Source: Phoronis australis
Lineage: Eukaryota; Animalia; Phoronida
Length of the DNA: 64,000 nucleotides
Assembly: GCA_002633005.1 (NCBI GenBank)
Contig: NMRA01000394.1
Coordinates: 223,256 to 287,255, forward strand
Reading direction: 5' to 3'
The notes below the pieces were generated by a model. It was not told where the DNA came from and ran no database searches. It saw only the letters and a list, made by a program, of their open reading frames with translations. Of the stretch, positions 60,855 through 64,000 are shown one piece after another (the first letter of the stretch is position 1; every line of letters starts with the position of its first letter). A program made the translations under genes and the position numbers.

Positions 60855-61084
60855 CTGTCGCCTAGCAACTTCGCCAGTTTTAGAGTTTCTGCTCGTTTCC
60901 TCGCACATAAGGACTCCCTCTGTCTTCCATGCAGTACGCACTTGTTTATCTGACTTTCAGTGTTTTCGTGCTTTAAAAGGAGGACTTTTTCGTTGGAGAG
61001 TGAACTTTTTCTCAAAGTCTTGAAATGTTCCCTGTTGTACGGGCCATTTTCAAAGACGCTTACTGTATCCAGGAGTGTCCTCAT
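60855..61084 (-). CDS. TEX56-like gene, upstream coding exon (230 nt); spliced product 193 aa from ATG 61084
   Basis: ACC-ATG start, open frame and donor CAG|GTAACG in phase 2 joining the next exon as AG+G = Arg. An acceptor at 61097 suggests there is a further upstream exon. Confidence 0.62.
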
Positions 61085-63561
61085 GGTCTGTCGCTCCTAT
61101 ATTAAACGCATTTCCCTTTCAAAACAACAGGAATTAAACCGTCTGCAGATGCAAGATCTAAGTTAAAGAATGCTACATTCCTTTGCTTAATGTGTTTTCC
61201 CCGGCATGTCAGGGTCAAGCGTGTGTAGGCCTATTTCTTTCTTGCGTGTTTTACTATGTCGGTGTATCTGGGCAACACATTTTCCGTGCCGTTGACTAAA
61301 CAACGTTCCATTTATACACTGAAAGGGGAAGGCAACCTTTTTAATGTCATTTTTAGCCAGCACGATAACAACAGTGGAACAGATCCTAACAGTAAACTCG
61401 AACGAAAAAACAAAATGTCAGGAAATTCTTAACCCCTTAAACGTCACTTCCGGAGTAGGGCACGACTAATCCATAAAATTACGGGAAGCCGTATTTAACT
61501 GAAACATGTGTCTGGGATGATCAGCGGAGCATCTTTTTACTAAAAATGACAAGGAAAAATTTGCCCTTTCCTTTGACAACCTCCATGTTCAAGCTATAAC
61601 AACTGCCAATGATCAGTTAAGGCTGTTAATTGAAAATGGAACGTATTTTTCAACCGAACGTGACTTTATTAGGCCAATGTGTCAATCTAGGTAAAATAAT
61701 CATTACCAGGCTACTAACATTTGTTTTCCTTGTTTCATCATTACATTATCTCATCGTATATTATATCACAATGAACATTCATTAATAAAAGTTAGTAATC
61801 ACGTCCGCCAAATTGCACCTCATTGATACGTCGACAAGCTATCCCGAGTTCGATTGATCATGTTGAATGTAAACAGAGACTGACAGTTACCGTTTACTTA
61901 CCTCACTTGGTTAAAGTTGAACAGTAAAAAATGGACGGTGGTGCAGTATTAGGCCTTAAAATAAGTCTTAGATAGCCTTGATTCTTATTCTACGGAAAAG
62001 GTTGTGTTGAATACTCCTTAATTGTCATCATATCAAGTGACAATCAAAGATGCACCTGTGAAAGTAGACCCCATGAAGCTGAATGTGTGCGCTTGAAAGT
62101 TCGTCGAGTCATCCAGTCTGGTGGCGGTGAAATTCCTGGTAGAATTCCATGGACACTAAGTGTCTCCTCCCTCGACAGGCTACTTTTGATTTTTCTTTTG
62201 CGACATGGGAATCCATGTACGGCCATTACTGTTGTGGTAATGACTTAATGGTCTCGAGAGAAGCAAAGCAGAGAAAACTTAGGATTGTTTCCGACCTTTG
62301 TAGTCTTACTGAGAGACAAAATATTGCGTTTTGGTTATTGTTGTTAGCTATATTTGGTTGTGGTTTTTTTACGTCACAATACATGAACGTATTAATGTAA
62401 GTTCCAAGTTTCAACTTACACGCCACAATCAAAAATGTCGCGACTCAGGGATTTTTATTATGGCATGAACCCATGGCAACAGAATGTTGCGTACACTGAC
62501 TGGATAGAGGTAAGACGGGCTTACTTCAACTGTGTGTCATACAGATACATGTAATTGCAGCACAATTTCCTGAAGATGTGCTCCAATAATGCATTGAAGA
62601 TTAAGATTGCACGCTGACTTTTACTCGATTTTCTCATTTCTCTTTCTCGCTCGTTGCGCACTTCCGATAAGACTCTCTTACTGGTGCGCAATCAATGACT
62701 CAGTCACGATTTTTCTTTCTGCAGGTGTTGTCTGCTGGCAATGTGTAAGAAACACTATGCCGATGTAGTTGTTCGTGCCTGACTGATGCAATAAGAGCTA
62801 GACTGCGGCAGTTTATTGATTTTTGGTTCTAATATGAAAATAGTCTTAGCTTTTAAGCATGTCTTGATGGTACGAGTACAGTACTTAGTTACAAAGTTCA
62901 TGTTATTAATCGACAAAATGGAGTAAATTGCGTAATTAAGCTAATGTAGGGAAAATAATGTTAGTGCATCGTTAAGAAAGGTTGGTTGTAATCAGGTAAT
63001 TTGGCGTACAATTGATTTTGAAGATGCGCTTTTAGGAGGTAACAGTACTCCCGACAAACTAGCATGTAGAAAGAATCACGCTCCAATCAATAGAATGTAA
63101 CCTCATGATAATTACGAGCCTAAGTCAGATGTGGTTTGTTGAAAGAAACAAAATCGTTAGCTCACAATGACGAGACCAATAATGGAAGGTTCAAATAGAA
63201 GCGGGTATCGGGAAGGGATTCAGGGAAGTAAATCTGAGCAACATTTGTTTCGAATATTCCAGAATCAAAAACATGCATGTATATTACGAAGGTCATTGAT
63301 TACACTTTCAGAAGGAAAAACGAATTCAGACAAACCATCCAGGGGCAGAGGTACGTTGGATTAAACAAGTGACAGCAAACGAGATTGAAGCGGCAAGAAA
63401 TTATTATAATTCAAAGAAATCGGTAAGATATTGCACGCGATTCTTATACGAAGCTATTCACACACATCGGAGTGATTTCGTTTACATCTTTAAACCTAAT
63501 ACAAATTGCCTTGATCTCCTGATCCGAAGAATTCTCTAGCAAAGAAATTTGCGAAGTATTT

Positions 63562-64000
63562 CATGTATGGACAGGAATGGACTGCAGCCCAGATCTATAG
63601 ATCGATGTATGTATGGAGTGAACAGTAGCCTAGATCTATAGTTCAGTGTCTGTAGGAAGGAATGAACAGCAGCCTATATCTGCAGTCCAGTGTATACAAG
63701 GAAGGAGTGAACAGTAGCCTAGATCTATAGTTCAGTGTATACAGGAAGGAGTGAACAGCAGCCTAGATCTACAGTCCAGTGTATGTAGGAAGGAATGAAT
63801 AGTAGCCTATATCTATAGATCAATGTATATGTGAAGGAGTGAATAGCAGCTTATATCTATAGATCAATGTATATGTGGAGTGAACAGCAGCCTATATCTA
63901 TAGATCAATGTATATGTGGAGTGAACAGCAGCCTATATCTATAGATCAATGTATATGTGGAGTGAACAGCAGCCTATATCTATAGATCAATGTATATGTG
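63562..64000. repeat. 41-45 bp minisatellite, ~10 copies, truncated by window end
   Basis: Unit GGAGTGAACAGCAGCCTATATCTATAGATCAATGTATATGT (41 bp). The last three copies are identical. Confidence 0.95.

Noticed and set aside
62470-62780. Plus-strand donor (GAG|GTAAGA, ~62509) and acceptor (TTTCTGCAG, ~62724) suggesting a divergent transcript
   Set aside because: No coding frame or other support; such sites arise by chance.
63562-64000. Repeat array as CRISPR-like
   Set aside because: No unique spacers, units are wholly homologous, eukaryotic context and no cas genes.

Overview
AT-rich eukaryotic (invertebrate animal-like) genomic DNA with spliceosomal introns and one 596-N assembly gap. The species cannot be named from sequence alone. 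Three genes are well supported. (1) A complete 8-exon nicotinic acetylcholine receptor alpha-type subunit on + (11351..40678, 471 aa). All introns are GT-AG and phase-compatible. It has loop-C vicinal cysteines, a cation-type GEK filter and an atypical FPHD Cys-loop. (2) An intronless class A GPCR on - (51473..52453) with DRY and NPxxY but lacking W4.50 and W6.48. (3) A 2-exon TEX56/C6orf201(DUF4523)-like RRM-fold gene on - (59778..61084). The rest is introns and intergenic DNA dense with transposon remains: a decayed mariner/maT-type element, a Gypsy integrase relic, a CR1/L2-type LINE relic, a THAP fragment and a possible His-Me-finger nuclease relic. Non-autonomous DNA elements include at least three TIR families flanked by exact 5-bp target duplications (hAT5-like), a family with 9-bp TSDs, a Kolobok-like family, a 428-bp near-perfect foldback element and a nested MITE whose empty site is also in the window. 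A 41-45 bp minisatellite runs off the right end. I found no clearly new biological system. The best leads are the 5-bp-TSD element set, the foldback element and the His-Me-finger relic.
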